Of a stretch of DNA of 32,000 nucleotides, positions 9,418 to 17,738 are shown one piece after another. The stretch is from Dubosiella newyorkensis (GTDB taxonomy: Bacteria > Bacillota_I > Bacilli_A > Erysipelotrichales > Erysipelotrichaceae): positions 1 through 32,000 of the forward strand of contig NZ_MPKA01000055.1 in NCBI RefSeq assembly GCF_001945605.1, given 5' to 3'. A model generated the notes under the pieces. That model was not told the DNA's origin and did not search any database. It saw only the letters and a program-made list of their open reading frames with translations. Numbering within the stretch: position 1 is the stretch's first letter; every line of letters begins with the position of its first letter. A program made the translations under genes and the position numbers.

Positions 9418-9469
9418 GTGTTAAAGTTTTGGGGGGAAGTGTTAAAAAAGTGTTAAAAAAAGTGTATAT
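9418..9469 (-). promoter_or_regulatory. Four phased direct repeats (candidate KdpE operator) in the kdpA-brnQ intergenic region
   Basis: On the plus strand, GTGTTAAA occurs at 9418, 9439 and 9450, and GTGTATAT at 9462. On the minus strand these read TTTAACAC x3 and ATATACAC. Start-to-start spacings are 21, 11 and 12 nt, so all copies face the same side of the helix. The repeats lie 54-105 nt upstream of the kdpA ATG. Confidence 0.45.
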
Positions 9470-9476
9470 TGAATCT

Positions 9477-10556
9477 ATGCGAAATTTTAGAATGAAAACT
9501 TTATGGATCACCCTGACTTTATTTTCGATGTTTTTTGGCGCGGGCAACTTGATCTTCGCCCCCTTTTTAGGCAAAGAGGCGGGAAGTCAAAGCGCGCTTG
9601 CTTTGCTTGGCTTTTTGTGCACGGCTGTTCTCATGCCGATCATCACGATCTTAGTGCTTTCTAAGTTCAAGGATGGCTATTCTATGCTTGCGAGGATCTC
9701 GAAGCCGTTCGCGCTCTTTTTTATTGGCTTGATCTATTTGCTGATCGGGCCATGCATCGCCATCCCAAGGACCGCGACGACAAGCTACGAGATGCTTGGC
9801 TGGCTCCTTCCTGCCAATATCTGGAGCCAGCTCTTGTATTCGGCTATCTTTTTTATGGGAGCTTACTTTGTGGCCTTGCATCCGAGCCATTTGAAGGATG
9901 TGCTTGGAAAATGGCTCTCTCCGATCTTGCTTGTTCTTGTGGTCGTTTTATGCGCCTCAGCCTTGTTCTCTCCTTCTCAGATCGCTTCGCCTTCTTTAGA
10001 GTATTTGAATCATTCCTTTGCTAAAGGGATCAAAGAAGGGTATCAAACGATGGATATTTTGGCGGCGTATTGTTTTGGGAATGTGATCTTGCTCAATATT
10101 CAAAGCGAAGGAATCGTAAAAAAACAAGAAGTGCGAAAGACGCTGCTCTTTGCTTCCGTTGGAGCGGGCGTGCTGCTGGCTGGCTTGTATTCTTTGTTGG
10201 CGATGAGCGGAATGCTTCACTCCTACGATTTGCGCGCCTGTACGAATGGGGCGCAGATCTTGACTGAGCTAGCGGGGCGATCGTTTGGATTGTTTGGCAA
10301 TGTGCTCGTGAGTTTGATTTTCTTGATCGCTTGCTTCAATGTGTGTTCTGGACTATTGAGCTGTGTTTCTAGCTATTTTGCCCAACGGATCCCATCTTGC
10401 TCTTACCGGGCATGGTTGATTCTTTTCACGTTGTTCAGCGCGGCGCTTTCGATCTTTGGTTTAGACTCGATCCTTGCGATTTCCGCTCCGATCTTAAATG
10501 TGCTATGTCCGATCGCGATCTTTTTTGTGCTTTATGGAATCGTTCAAAAACCTTGA
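9477..10556 (+). CDS. brnQ: Branched-chain amino acid transporter (LIVCS family, BrnQ)
   Basis: The N-terminus has the LFSMFFGAGNLIFAPFLG motif, and later motifs include IGPCIAIPRT and EGYQTMD. The protein is polytopic. The start is uncertain (ATG 9477 or 9492; the ORF-track start 9429 is TTG), and no SD precedes any of the three. Confidence 0.85.
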   Translation: MRNFRMKTLWITLTLFSMFFGAGNLIFAPFLGKEAGSQSALALLGFLCTAVLMPIITILVLSKFKDGYSMLARISKPFALFFIGLIYLLIGPCIAIPRTATTSYEMLGWLLPANIWSQLLYSAIFFMGAYFVALHPSHLKDVLGKWLSPILLVLVVVLCASALFSPSQIASPSLEYLNHSFAKGIKEGYQTMDILAAYCFGNVILLNIQSEGIVKKQEVRKTLLFASVGAGVLLAGLYSLLAMSGMLHSYDLRACTNGAQILTELAGRSFGLFGNVLVSLIFLIACFNVCSGLLSCVSSYFAQRIPSCSYRAWLILFTLFSAALSIFGLDSILAISAPILNVLCPIAIFFVLYGIVQKP

Positions 10557-10591
10557 CCACGGATGTGGTCCTTTTTTGTATAATGAGAAGT

Positions 10592-11245
10592 ATGAAGAAA
10601 CCACTCATTTTAGCGTTGCTGTCCTTGCTTATAGCAAGATGCTCCTTCCAAAAAGAAACGAAAATCATCGTCGAGAAAAGAGAGCGAGAACCAAAAGCGG
10701 AAATAAAGGAAGAAATTATAGAAGAAGCAAAGGAAGAAATAAAAGAAGAAGATCTATCTTCGATCTTGCTCGTTAATAAAGAGCACGGTCTTGCCCCCTC
10801 CTATGCGCCAGGAGAAGATCCGATCGCCAAAGAGGCGCTGCTCGCTTTGCTTTCTCAAATGCAAAACGAAGGATTGAATGTGTCCGATCGATACAGCGGC
10901 TTTCGCTCCTACGAATATCAAAGCGAATTGTACGCGGATTATGTAATGCAATATGGCCAGGAGGAGGCGGATCGGTTTTCCGCTAGACCGGGTTTTTCGG
11001 AACATCAAACTGGGTTGGCTTTTGATTTGATGCATGAAGACGGCACGCTTTTGACAAATCCTTTGGAAGCTAGCTGGCTCGAAGAGCATGCGGCGGAATA
11101 TGGCTTTATCGTGCGCTATCCAGAAGGGAAAGAAGAGATCACAGGCTATATGGCGGAGCCTTGGCATATTCGATACATTGGAGAGGAAGCGATCCAGATC
11201 CGAGATTCCGGGTTGACGTTGGAAGAATATATCAATCTACCATGA
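10592..11245 (+). CDS. M15B family D-alanyl-D-alanine carboxypeptidase (VanY-like), secreted or anchored
   Basis: The N-terminus MKKPLILALLSLLIARC is hydrophobic, followed by a low-complexity KEEI repeat. The zinc-peptidase motifs SEHQTGLAFD and EPWHIRY are present. The ORF-track 5' extension overlaps brnQ and is not credible. An alternative ATG lies at 10583. Confidence 0.8.
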   Translation: MKKPLILALLSLLIARCSFQKETKIIVEKREREPKAEIKEEIIEEAKEEIKEEDLSSILLVNKEHGLAPSYAPGEDPIAKEALLALLSQMQNEGLNVSDRYSGFRSYEYQSELYADYVMQYGQEEADRFSARPGFSEHQTGLAFDLMHEDGTLLTNPLEASWLEEHAAEYGFIVRYPEGKEEITGYMAEPWHIRYIGEEAIQIRDSGLTLEEYINLP

Positions 11246-11341
11246 TATATTTTTATCAATTCCTAGTAAACCTATAAAATTTATAGGAAAAAGTTGGGTA
11301 TTGTTCTTTTCTTTCGATTTTCGATTCGCTATACTAAGGGC

Positions 11342-11587
11342 ATGAATCAGAAAAGTGACAAAGAACGGCTGAAAACGCTGTACGATCAAGTGGATGATTA
11401 TTTCATCAAAACGTATATGGATCTAGAAAATGAGGAAAAACTAGAACAAAAGATCCGCGTTTTAGAGCAGCTGATCGCAGGCAAAAAGCCCCCTGAAATT
11501 GAAGAGTACGACGATGTGCTCGATGCGTATCCAAAAGAAGAAAGTTTTGTATTGGAATCACTTGATGATGTTTTAAAAAATCTATAG
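11342..11587 (+). CDS. Small acidic hypothetical protein (81 aa)
   Basis: The ORF lies 12 nt upstream of cysK and is predicted to be helical and acidic, with no recognised family. An alternative TTG start at 11294 has AGGA 5 nt upstream. Confidence 0.45.
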   Translation: MNQKSDKERLKTLYDQVDDYFIKTYMDLENEEKLEQKIRVLEQLIAGKKPPEIEEYDDVLDAYPKEESFVLESLDDVLKNL

Positions 11588-11598
11588 GAGGAAGGATC

Positions 11599-12528
11599 AT
11601 GAAAGTCTATCACAACATTCTAGAACTTGTAGGAAACACCCCTTTAGTCGAACTTTCCAAGCTAGACAAAGAAGAAGGCGCGAAAGCGACCGTATACGCG
11701 AAAATCGAAGCGTTCAACCCGGCAGGCAGCGCTAAAGATCGGATCGCTCTCAATATGATCGAGACTGCCGAAAAAGAAGGAAAGATCAAACCGGGCGCTA
11801 CGATCATTGAACCAACAAGCGGAAATACAGGAATTGGACTCGCGCTCGTATGCGCGCAAAAAGGCTATCATTTGATCTTGACGATGCCAGAAACGATGAG
11901 CGTCGAGCGAAGAAATTTGATCAAAGCGTATGGCGCGAAAGTCGAATTGACAGAAGGCTCTAAAGGAATGAAGGGCGCGATCGCGAAAGCCGAAGAGCTT
12001 GCCAAAGAAATTCCAGGATCCTTTATTCCTAGCCAATTTAGCAATCCGGCCAATCCACAAAAGCATTATGAAACGACAGGACCAGAAATCTGGAACGACA
12101 CGGATGGCAAAGTGGATATTTTTGTGGCTGGCGTAGGAACTGGCGGAACCTTGAGCGGAGTCGGAAAGTATTTGAAAGAGAAAAATCCAAATGTTGAAGT
12201 CGTTGCGGTAGAGCCTGAAGAATCGCCGCTGCTTTCCAAAGGCCATGCTGGTCCGCATAAGATCCAAGGAATCGCGGCTGGTTTTGTTCCAGAAACACTA
12301 GATACTTCTATTTATAATAAAGTCATGACGGTTTCAAGTCAGCAAGCTTTTGAAATGGGAAGAAAGCTTGCGCGAGAAGAAGGCCTTTTAGTCGGGATCT
12401 CTTCGGGAGCGGCAGCTTACGCCGCTCTAGAGCTTGCCAAAGAGCCACAGAACGCAGGAAAGATCATCGTTGTTTTGCTTCCAGACACAGGCGAGAGATA
12501 TTTATCGACCCAAATGTTCAGTGAATAG
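11599..12528 (+). CDS. cysK: Cysteine synthase A (O-acetylserine sulfhydrylase)
   Basis: The 309-aa product has the PLP-lysine motif [19 protein letters not shown] and [22 protein letters not shown] precedes the ATG. Confidence 0.95.
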   Translation: MKVYHNILELVGNTPLVELSKLDKEEGAKATVYAKIEAFNPAGSAKDRIALNMIETAEKEGKIKPGATIIEPTSGNTGIGLALVCAQKGYHLILTMPETMSVERRNLIKAYGAKVELTEGSKGMKGAIAKAEELAKEIPGSFIPSQFSNPANPQKHYETTGPEIWNDTDGKVDIFVAGVGTGGTLSGVGKYLKEKNPNVEVVAVEPEESPLLSKGHAGPHKIQGIAAGFVPETLDTSIYNKVMTVSSQQAFEMGRKLAREEGLLVGISSGAAAYAALELAKEPQNAGKIIVVLLPDTGERYLSTQMFSE

Positions 12529-12540
12529 ATTTAGATCGGA

Positions 12541-12575
12541 AAAGGAGGAGATTTGCGAATCTCTTCCTTTTTTTT
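12541..12575 (+). terminator. cysK intrinsic terminator
   Basis: A 12-bp stem forms between AAAGGAGGAGAT and ATCTCTTCCTTT (one G-U pair) with a 6-nt loop, followed by a T-run. Confidence 0.8.
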
Positions 12576-12608
12576 GGTAAAAAACAATAAAAAACAATAT
12601 TAATACTG

Positions 12609-12636
12609 TTGAAATCAATAATAAATCATGTATAAT
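12609..12636 (+). promoter_or_regulatory. Sigma-A-type promoter of the GRE operon
   Basis: TTGAAA (12609-12614) and TATAAT (12631-12636) are separated by a 16-nt spacer, and TG lies immediately upstream of the -10. SD AAAGGAGAA and the ATG at 12663 follow. Confidence 0.6.
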
Positions 12637-12662
12637 GAAGGTGTAAAGAAAAGGAGAACAAT

Positions 12663-15008
12663 ATGTTGAACGATCGCGAAATCAGTATTCGTATTCAAAC
12701 ATTAAAAGATAAAATGCTCTCATCGCCACGATACGCATCGATCGAGCAAGCTCGGATCATCACACGCGTCTATCAAGAAAATGAAGAGCTATCTGTTCCT
12801 TTAAAGCGGGCATTGTCTTTAAAGGCGGCTTTAGAAGAAATTGAAATTGGCTTCGAACCAGAAGAGCTCATCGTCGGAAACCGCACGAAGGGTGTCCGGT
12901 ATGGTGTCGTTTTTCCTGAATCGGGCTGTTCGTGGATCGATCGTGAATTCGAAACGCTCCCGACACGTCCGCAAGACCGCTTCCAAGTGCATCCTGAAGA
13001 TATCCAAGAGTTTCGAGAAACGATCTATCCATACTGGAAAGGAAGAAGCATGGAAGATATCATCCGGGCCAAAGATGGAAAGCATATTGACGCGATCGCC
13101 AAAGTCGTCAAGATCAACCAAAAAGATCATGCGCAAGGCCACATTTGTCCCGACACGAAGCTCTGGCTAGAGCTAGGTCCACAAGGCTTGAAAGAAAAAG
13201 CCGAACAAATGCTGCAAAAAGAAGGTCTTTCCAACGATCAAAAAGAATTCTATCAAAGCGTGATCCTCGTCATGGAAGGCGCAAAGACATTCATGAATCG
13301 GTATGGAGAGATGATCATGGCAAGCGATCGAGATCCAAAATTAACGCAAGTCGCTGAAAACTGCTTCGCGTTGGCTAAACGCCCGGCGCAAAGCTTCCAT
13401 GAAGCTGTCCAATCGGTTTGGTTCTTGTTCACGATTTTGCATATGGAATCCAACGCGTCTTCATTTTCGCCAGGAAGAATGGATCAATACTTATATCCGT
13501 ACTATAAAAAGGATATAGAATCCGGTGCTCTTACCCAAGAAGAAGCGCTCGAGATCATTGAAGCGCTTTGGCTCAAGTTCAATCAAATCGTTTATTTAAG
13601 AAACGCGCATTCCGCTAAATACTTCGCCGGCTTCCCGATCGGATTCAATATCGCGATTGGCGGAGTCGATCCAGAGGGCAATGACACATTCAACGACTTG
13701 TCGTTCTTGTTTTTACAGGCACAATATGATCTAGGATTGCCACAGCCAAACTTAAGTGTCCGTCTCAATAAGCATTCCTCTTCCGCCTTGATGCAAGCCG
13801 CGATCGATGTGGTCGCTAAAGGGTCGGGAATGCCTCAATTCTTTAATGACGAAGCGATCATTGAACCGATGCATCACGATCTTGGGATTGATTTAAAAGA
13901 TGCGCGCGATTATGCGATCGTTGGCTGCGTGGAACTGACGACTCATGGAAACAATTTAGGCTGGTCGGACGCGGCCATGTTCAACTTGAACAAAGCGCTC
14001 GAGCTGACCTTGAATCATGGCGTTTGTTTATTGACGGGCGAGAAGATCGGCTTGGATCTAGGTGGCTTGGACACGTACGCTTCCTATGAAGAATTAGAAG
14101 ACGCCTTCCAAAAACAAATCGATTATTTTATTGACGAAATGATGAAAGCCGAAGTCGTTGTGGAGCAAGCGCATCAAGATTGTCTGCCGACCGCTTTCTT
14201 GTCGAGTGTAATCGATGATTGCCTAGTCGCAGGAAAAGATGTGACCAAAGGCGGAGCGAAATATAATTTGTCCGGTATCCAAATGATCCAAGTCGCCAAT
14301 TTGGCTGACTCTTTGGCCGCTGTGAAACAACTTGTATATGAAGAGAAAAAAGTCGATCCTAACGATCTGCTTAGAGCGCTTCGCAACGATTTCGAAGGCG
14401 ATCTTGTCTTGCAGACGATGCTTTTGAGAAAAGTGCCAAAATATGGCAACGATGTCGAGTGGGTGGATGAGATCGGCGCCAAGTGGGCAGGTTATTTCCG
14501 CGAAAAGATGAAGGAATATACAAATTATCGAGGAGGGCCGTTCCATACTGGCATGTATACCGTCTCGGCCCACGTTCCGATGGGAGAAAACGTAGGGGCC
14601 TCGTGCGATGGTCGAAAAGCAGGAACTCCGCTTGCCGATGGAGGCATGTCGCCTGTCTATGGACGCGACTTGAAAGGGCCGACAGCTGTCTTGAAATCAG
14701 TATCCCGGATGAAAGATTCGTATACGACCAATGGAGGTTTATTGAACATGAAGTTTCTTCCTTCGTTCTTTGAAACAGCGGAAGGAAAAAAGAAATTTGA
14801 AACGTTCCTGCGCGCTTTCGTGGATCTAGAGATCCCGCACATCCAGTTCAATGTAGTTAATCGGGATGAGCTTCTCGACGCCAAGATCCATCCAGAAAAG
14901 CATGCGTCTTTGACGATCCGGGTGGCTGGATATACTGCTTATTTTGTCGAGTTGGCTGGTGAATTACAGGATGAGATCATCGAGCGGACGAGCTATGCAG
15001 GCATCTAA
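12663..15008 (+). CDS. Glycyl radical enzyme, PFL2/dehydratase-type (YbiW/PflD-like)
   Basis: The 781-aa product has the C-terminal glycyl-radical motif LTIRVAGYTAYF. Its catalytic loop, IVGCVELTTHG, has a single Cys followed by Glu, which is the dehydratase/eliminase pattern rather than the Cys-Cys of pyruvate formate-lyase. Confidence 0.9.
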   Translation: MLNDREISIRIQTLKDKMLSSPRYASIEQARIITRVYQENEELSVPLKRALSLKAALEEIEIGFEPEELIVGNRTKGVRYGVVFPESGCSWIDREFETLPTRPQDRFQVHPEDIQEFRETIYPYWKGRSMEDIIRAKDGKHIDAIAKVVKINQKDHAQGHICPDTKLWLELGPQGLKEKAEQMLQKEGLSNDQKEFYQSVILVMEGAKTFMNRYGEMIMASDRDPKLTQVAENCFALAKRPAQSFHEAVQSVWFLFTILHMESNASSFSPGRMDQYLYPYYKKDIESGALTQEEALEIIEALWLKFNQIVYLRNAHSAKYFAGFPIGFNIAIGGVDPEGNDTFNDLSFLFLQAQYDLGLPQPNLSVRLNKHSSSALMQAAIDVVAKGSGMPQFFNDEAIIEPMHHDLGIDLKDARDYAIVGCVELTTHGNNLGWSDAAMFNLNKALELTLNHGVCLLTGEKIGLDLGGLDTYASYEELEDAFQKQIDYFIDEMMKAEVVVEQAHQDCLPTAFLSSVIDDCLVAGKDVTKGGAKYNLSGIQMIQVANLADSLAAVKQLVYEEKKVDPNDLLRALRNDFEGDLVLQTMLLRKVPKYGNDVEWVDEIGAKWAGYFREKMKEYTNYRGGPFHTGMYTVSAHVPMGENVGASCDGRKAGTPLADGGMSPVYGRDLKGPTAVLKSVSRMKDSYTTNGGLLNMKFLPSFFETAEGKKKFETFLRAFVDLEIPHIQFNVVNRDELLDAKIHPEKHASLTIRVAGYTAYFVELAGELQDEIIERTSYAGI

Positions 15009-15897
15009 AGGACTTGTTTTTGATATCAAGCGCTTCGCGATGCATGATGGAGCTGGCATTCGAACGACTCTCTTTTTGAAAGGCTGTCCGCTACGGTGCA
15101 GGTGGTGTCAAAATCCGGAAGGACTTGATCCCAAGCAAGAGCTGATCTATTTTAAAAGACATTGTATCCATTGTGGAGCGTGCGCGAAAGAGGATAGGGG
15201 AATCGTTTTTCAAGGAGGCTGTCCACATGTCCTCGATCGAAAATCAAATCATGATCGAGCTCTCGAAGCTTGTCCTGCCCAAGCGCTTCAATACGATGCT
15301 CGATATTATACGGTGGAAGAAGTTTTGAAAGAAGTCAAAAAAGATGAAGTGTTTTTTCAACAAGAGGGCGGTTTGACGATCTCTGGTGGAGAACCCTTCA
15401 TGCAAGTCGATTTTTTAGAAGAATTGTTGAAGAGATGTCAACAAGAAGGGATCCATACGACGATCGAATCGAGCTTCTATACATCGAAAGACAACATGAA
15501 GCGAGTGCTCCCTTATTTAGATGCGATCTATTGTGATTTAAAGATCCTGGATCCAAAGCTGCATCAAGAAGCGACTGGGGTCGACAATCGCATCATTTTA
15601 GAAAATATTCAGCTTCTTTTAGAGAGCCAAAAGGCGGTTACGATTCGGACGCCTTTGATCCCGGGATGGAGCGGAACGGACGAGAATATCGCCAAGATCG
15701 CCCAGTTTTTAAGCGGAATTTCAAGCGATGTGAAGTATGAGCTTCTCAACTACAATCCGCTGGCGTCTTCTAAATATCATTTATATGAACGAAACTATGG
15801 GATCGATCCAAACGCGAAGGCGTATACAAAAGAAGAAATGGATCATTTTCGAACTATCGCTAAAGAAAATGGAATTAAAAATCTCGTGATCGAGTAG
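14995..15897 (+). CDS. Glycyl-radical enzyme activating enzyme (radical SAM)
   Basis: The product has the radical-SAM motif CPLRCRWCQNPE (CxxxCxxC) and ferredoxin-like Cys motifs CIHCGACAKE...CP. The likely ATG at 14995 overlaps the GRE stop by 14 nt. The ORF-track start at 14944 is less likely. Confidence 0.9.
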   Translation: MQASKGLVFDIKRFAMHDGAGIRTTLFLKGCPLRCRWCQNPEGLDPKQELIYFKRHCIHCGACAKEDRGIVFQGGCPHVLDRKSNHDRALEACPAQALQYDARYYTVEEVLKEVKKDEVFFQQEGGLTISGGEPFMQVDFLEELLKRCQQEGIHTTIESSFYTSKDNMKRVLPYLDAIYCDLKILDPKLHQEATGVDNRIILENIQLLLESQKAVTIRTPLIPGWSGTDENIAKIAQFLSGISSDVKYELLNYNPLASSKYHLYERNYGIDPNAKAYTKEEMDHFRTIAKENGIKNLVIE

Positions 15898-15908
15898 AGG
15901 AGGATATT

Positions 15909-16592
15909 ATGGAATTCATTATTGATACGATCGATTTAGAGGAAATCAAGGACGCGATCGAACATATGCCCATCGTTGGCGTGACAAGCAATCCAAGCAT
16001 CGTCAAAAACACGCATCCGCAAAAGTTTTATGATCACATGCGCGAAATCCGCAACATTATTGGCCAAGATCGTTCGCTCCATATTCAAGTCACTGCGAAA
16101 AAAGCGGAAGATATGGTCAAAGAAGCGCATAAGATCCACGAAGAGATCGATGATGCTGTCTATATCAAGGTGCCCGTTTCTTATGAAGGCTTAAAAGCGA
16201 TCAAAATGCTGAAGAAGGAAGGGTGTCCGATCACAGCGACAGCGATCTATGATGAGATGCAAGCGATGATGGCTCTAGCTGCCGGAGCGGATTATTTGGC
16301 TCCTTATGTCAACCGTATCGGAAATCTAGGCAATGATCCGTATCAATTGATCGCCAACGTATCCACTCGGATCGATCATGATCAATATCCGACCAAGATC
16401 GTGGCGGCAAGCTTTAAAGGCGTGCAGCAGATCAGAGACGCACTTGACGCGGGCGCGCAAGCCGTTACGGCGCCTGTGGCGATCTTGAAGCAGATCTTCA
16501 AAAATCCAAGCATCGATAAAGCGGTGGATGATTTCAACGCAGATTGGTATTCGATGTATGGAGAAGGCAACAGCTTGCTCGAAGTCGAATAA
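15909..16592 (+). CDS. fsa: Fructose-6-phosphate aldolase (transaldolase-like class I aldolase)
   Basis: The 227-aa product has GVTSNPSIV, the Schiff-base region YIKVP, and APYVNRIGN. The last motif is the FSA-type APYVNRI rather than the SPFVGR of transaldolases. FNADW lies near the C-terminus. SD GAGGAGGA precedes the ATG. Confidence 0.8.
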   Translation: MEFIIDTIDLEEIKDAIEHMPIVGVTSNPSIVKNTHPQKFYDHMREIRNIIGQDRSLHIQVTAKKAEDMVKEAHKIHEEIDDAVYIKVPVSYEGLKAIKMLKKEGCPITATAIYDEMQAMMALAAGADYLAPYVNRIGNLGNDPYQLIANVSTRIDHDQYPTKIVAASFKGVQQIRDALDAGAQAVTAPVAILKQIFKNPSIDKAVDDFNADWYSMYGEGNSLLEVE

Positions 16593-16595
16593 ATC

Positions 16596-16624
16596 AAAAA
16601 GCTCGGAGAGATCCGAGCTTTTTT
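16596..16624. terminator. Bidirectional terminator between fsa and the convergent rrf2 gene
   Basis: The sequence is AAAAAGCTCGGA-gaga-TCCGAGCTTTTTT. An A-run upstream and a T-run downstream flank the hairpin, and the rrf2 stop codon lies in the T-run. Confidence 0.85.
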
Positions 16625-17060
16625 AAATGATGTAGTTGTCGATATTAGATTCAAATTCACGATCGAGAAGATCTTGGATCGTGATCGATTTCAAATACTC
16701 CTGAACGACTTTGTTCAAGCCCTCCCAGACCCAGAGCGTCGAACATTCGCTTCTTCGAGGGCATGGATTCTCCTTTTGATTCAAACATGCCACAGGACTC
16801 ATGCACTCTTCTGTCGCTTCTAGGATCTGCCAAACCGTAATCTCTTTGGCTGGCTTATTCAATTGATAGCCGCCTTGAAAACCGCGATTGGATTTTAAAA
16901 ATTTGGCTTGGTTCAAAGCGATCACGATTTGCTCGAGATATTTTTTAGAGATCCCTTGTCGCTTGGCGATATCTTTTAAGGTAATGTAGCCTTGACTTTG
17001 ATGTTCCGCTAGATCTAACAACATTCGTAACGCGTATCGACCTTTGGTCGAAATTTTCAT
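16623..17060 (-). CDS. Rrf2-family transcriptional regulator with Cys cluster (probable Fe-S ligands)
   Basis: The 145-aa product has the N-terminal wHTH sequence MKISTKGRYALRMLLDLA and four Cys in CMSPVACLNQKENPCPRRSEC. SD AGGAG precedes the ATG, which lies 10 nt after the upstream gene. Confidence 0.85.
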   Translation of the reverse strand: MKISTKGRYALRMLLDLAEHQSQGYITLKDIAKRQGISKKYLEQIVIALNQAKFLKSNRGFQGGYQLNKPAKEITVWQILEATEECMSPVACLNQKENPCPRRSECSTLWVWEGLNKVVQEYLKSITIQDLLDREFESNIDNYII

Positions 17061-17070
17061 GATATCACTC

Positions 17071-17604
17071 CTAGTCTAGGTATTTATTTATTTCGTGTTG
17101 GTTTACTAATATGATCACGCCCTCCACCATGAGGCAGATCCCAACGAGCTGCAAGATAAACTTCATCGTTTGGATCGGACGTAGCAATAGAATTATACCA
17201 CCAATCAGTATTACGAGCGAAATAATAAATGCATAGATCCAGTTATCATAGCCATGCGAACGGAGCGTGAATGATTTTTGCATCTGCATGGCGGAGTTCA
17301 AGATCAAGATCACTCCACACAATACGGGAAGGATCGCGATCAAGGATTGCGGGGAGATCAAAAAGAATAAGCCAAACAGCGCGCTCAAGACCCCGAAAAT
17401 AAGGGTCGAAGTGCTGGCGAACTGCTTTTTGGCAAAATACAAATACAATTGATAGGCTCCATACAATAAAAGAACGCCGCCAATGATCCGAGTCGCTGTA
17501 AATAAGATCGATTTATTAAAAAAGCAAAGAATGAATCCGAATACGATATAAACAAGAGCGAATATACGCGTTTGAGATTCTGTTTGTTTAAAAAATGAAT
17601 TCAT
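17071..17604 (-). CDS. HdeD/DUF308-like small membrane protein
   Basis: The 177-aa product has six predicted TM helices with repeated G-x-L-L-x-x-G-type segments typical of DUF308. SD AGGAGAG precedes the ATG. Confidence 0.6.
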   Translation of the reverse strand: MNSFFKQTESQTRIFALVYIVFGFILCFFNKSILFTATRIIGGVLLLYGAYQLYLYFAKKQFASTSTLIFGVLSALFGLFFLISPQSLIAILPVLCGVILILNSAMQMQKSFTLRSHGYDNWIYAFIISLVILIGGIILLLRPIQTMKFILQLVGICLMVEGVIILVNQHEINKYLD

Positions 17605-17738
17605 GATTTCTCTCCTATTCTGCTCTTATTATACTAGTCGGTTTTTTGTTTGGCTGTTTTGATGCAATGTAAGCACGAGTCTTCATTCTAAAAAAATATT
17701 TGGTATCATAGAAGCGACAAACATGAGGAGGTCAAAGT

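Noticed and set aside
9365-9476. I looked for kdpF and for a c-di-AMP (ydaO/kimA-type) riboswitch upstream of kdpA. I also considered ORF 9377-9574 (65 aa).
   Set aside because: No short hydrophobic ORF precedes kdpA on the minus strand. The intergenic region (about 110 nt) is too short and too AT-rich for that riboswitch. The 65-aa ORF spans the divergent promoter region and has no SD.
10592-10650. A lipoprotein call for the VanY-like peptidase (LLIARC).
   Set aside because: Position -1 relative to the Cys is Arg, which violates the lipobox [LVI][ASTVI][GAS]C. I describe it only as a signal or anchor sequence.
11246-11598. A possible T-box or S-box leader upstream of cysK, and a T-box upstream of brnQ.
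   Set aside because: There is no T-box sequence (AAnnnGGGTGGTACCGCG-like), no specifier/terminator architecture and no SAM-riboswitch core. The space is occupied by a plausible small ORF. The palindrome at 11271-11287 is AT-only with a 1-nt loop.
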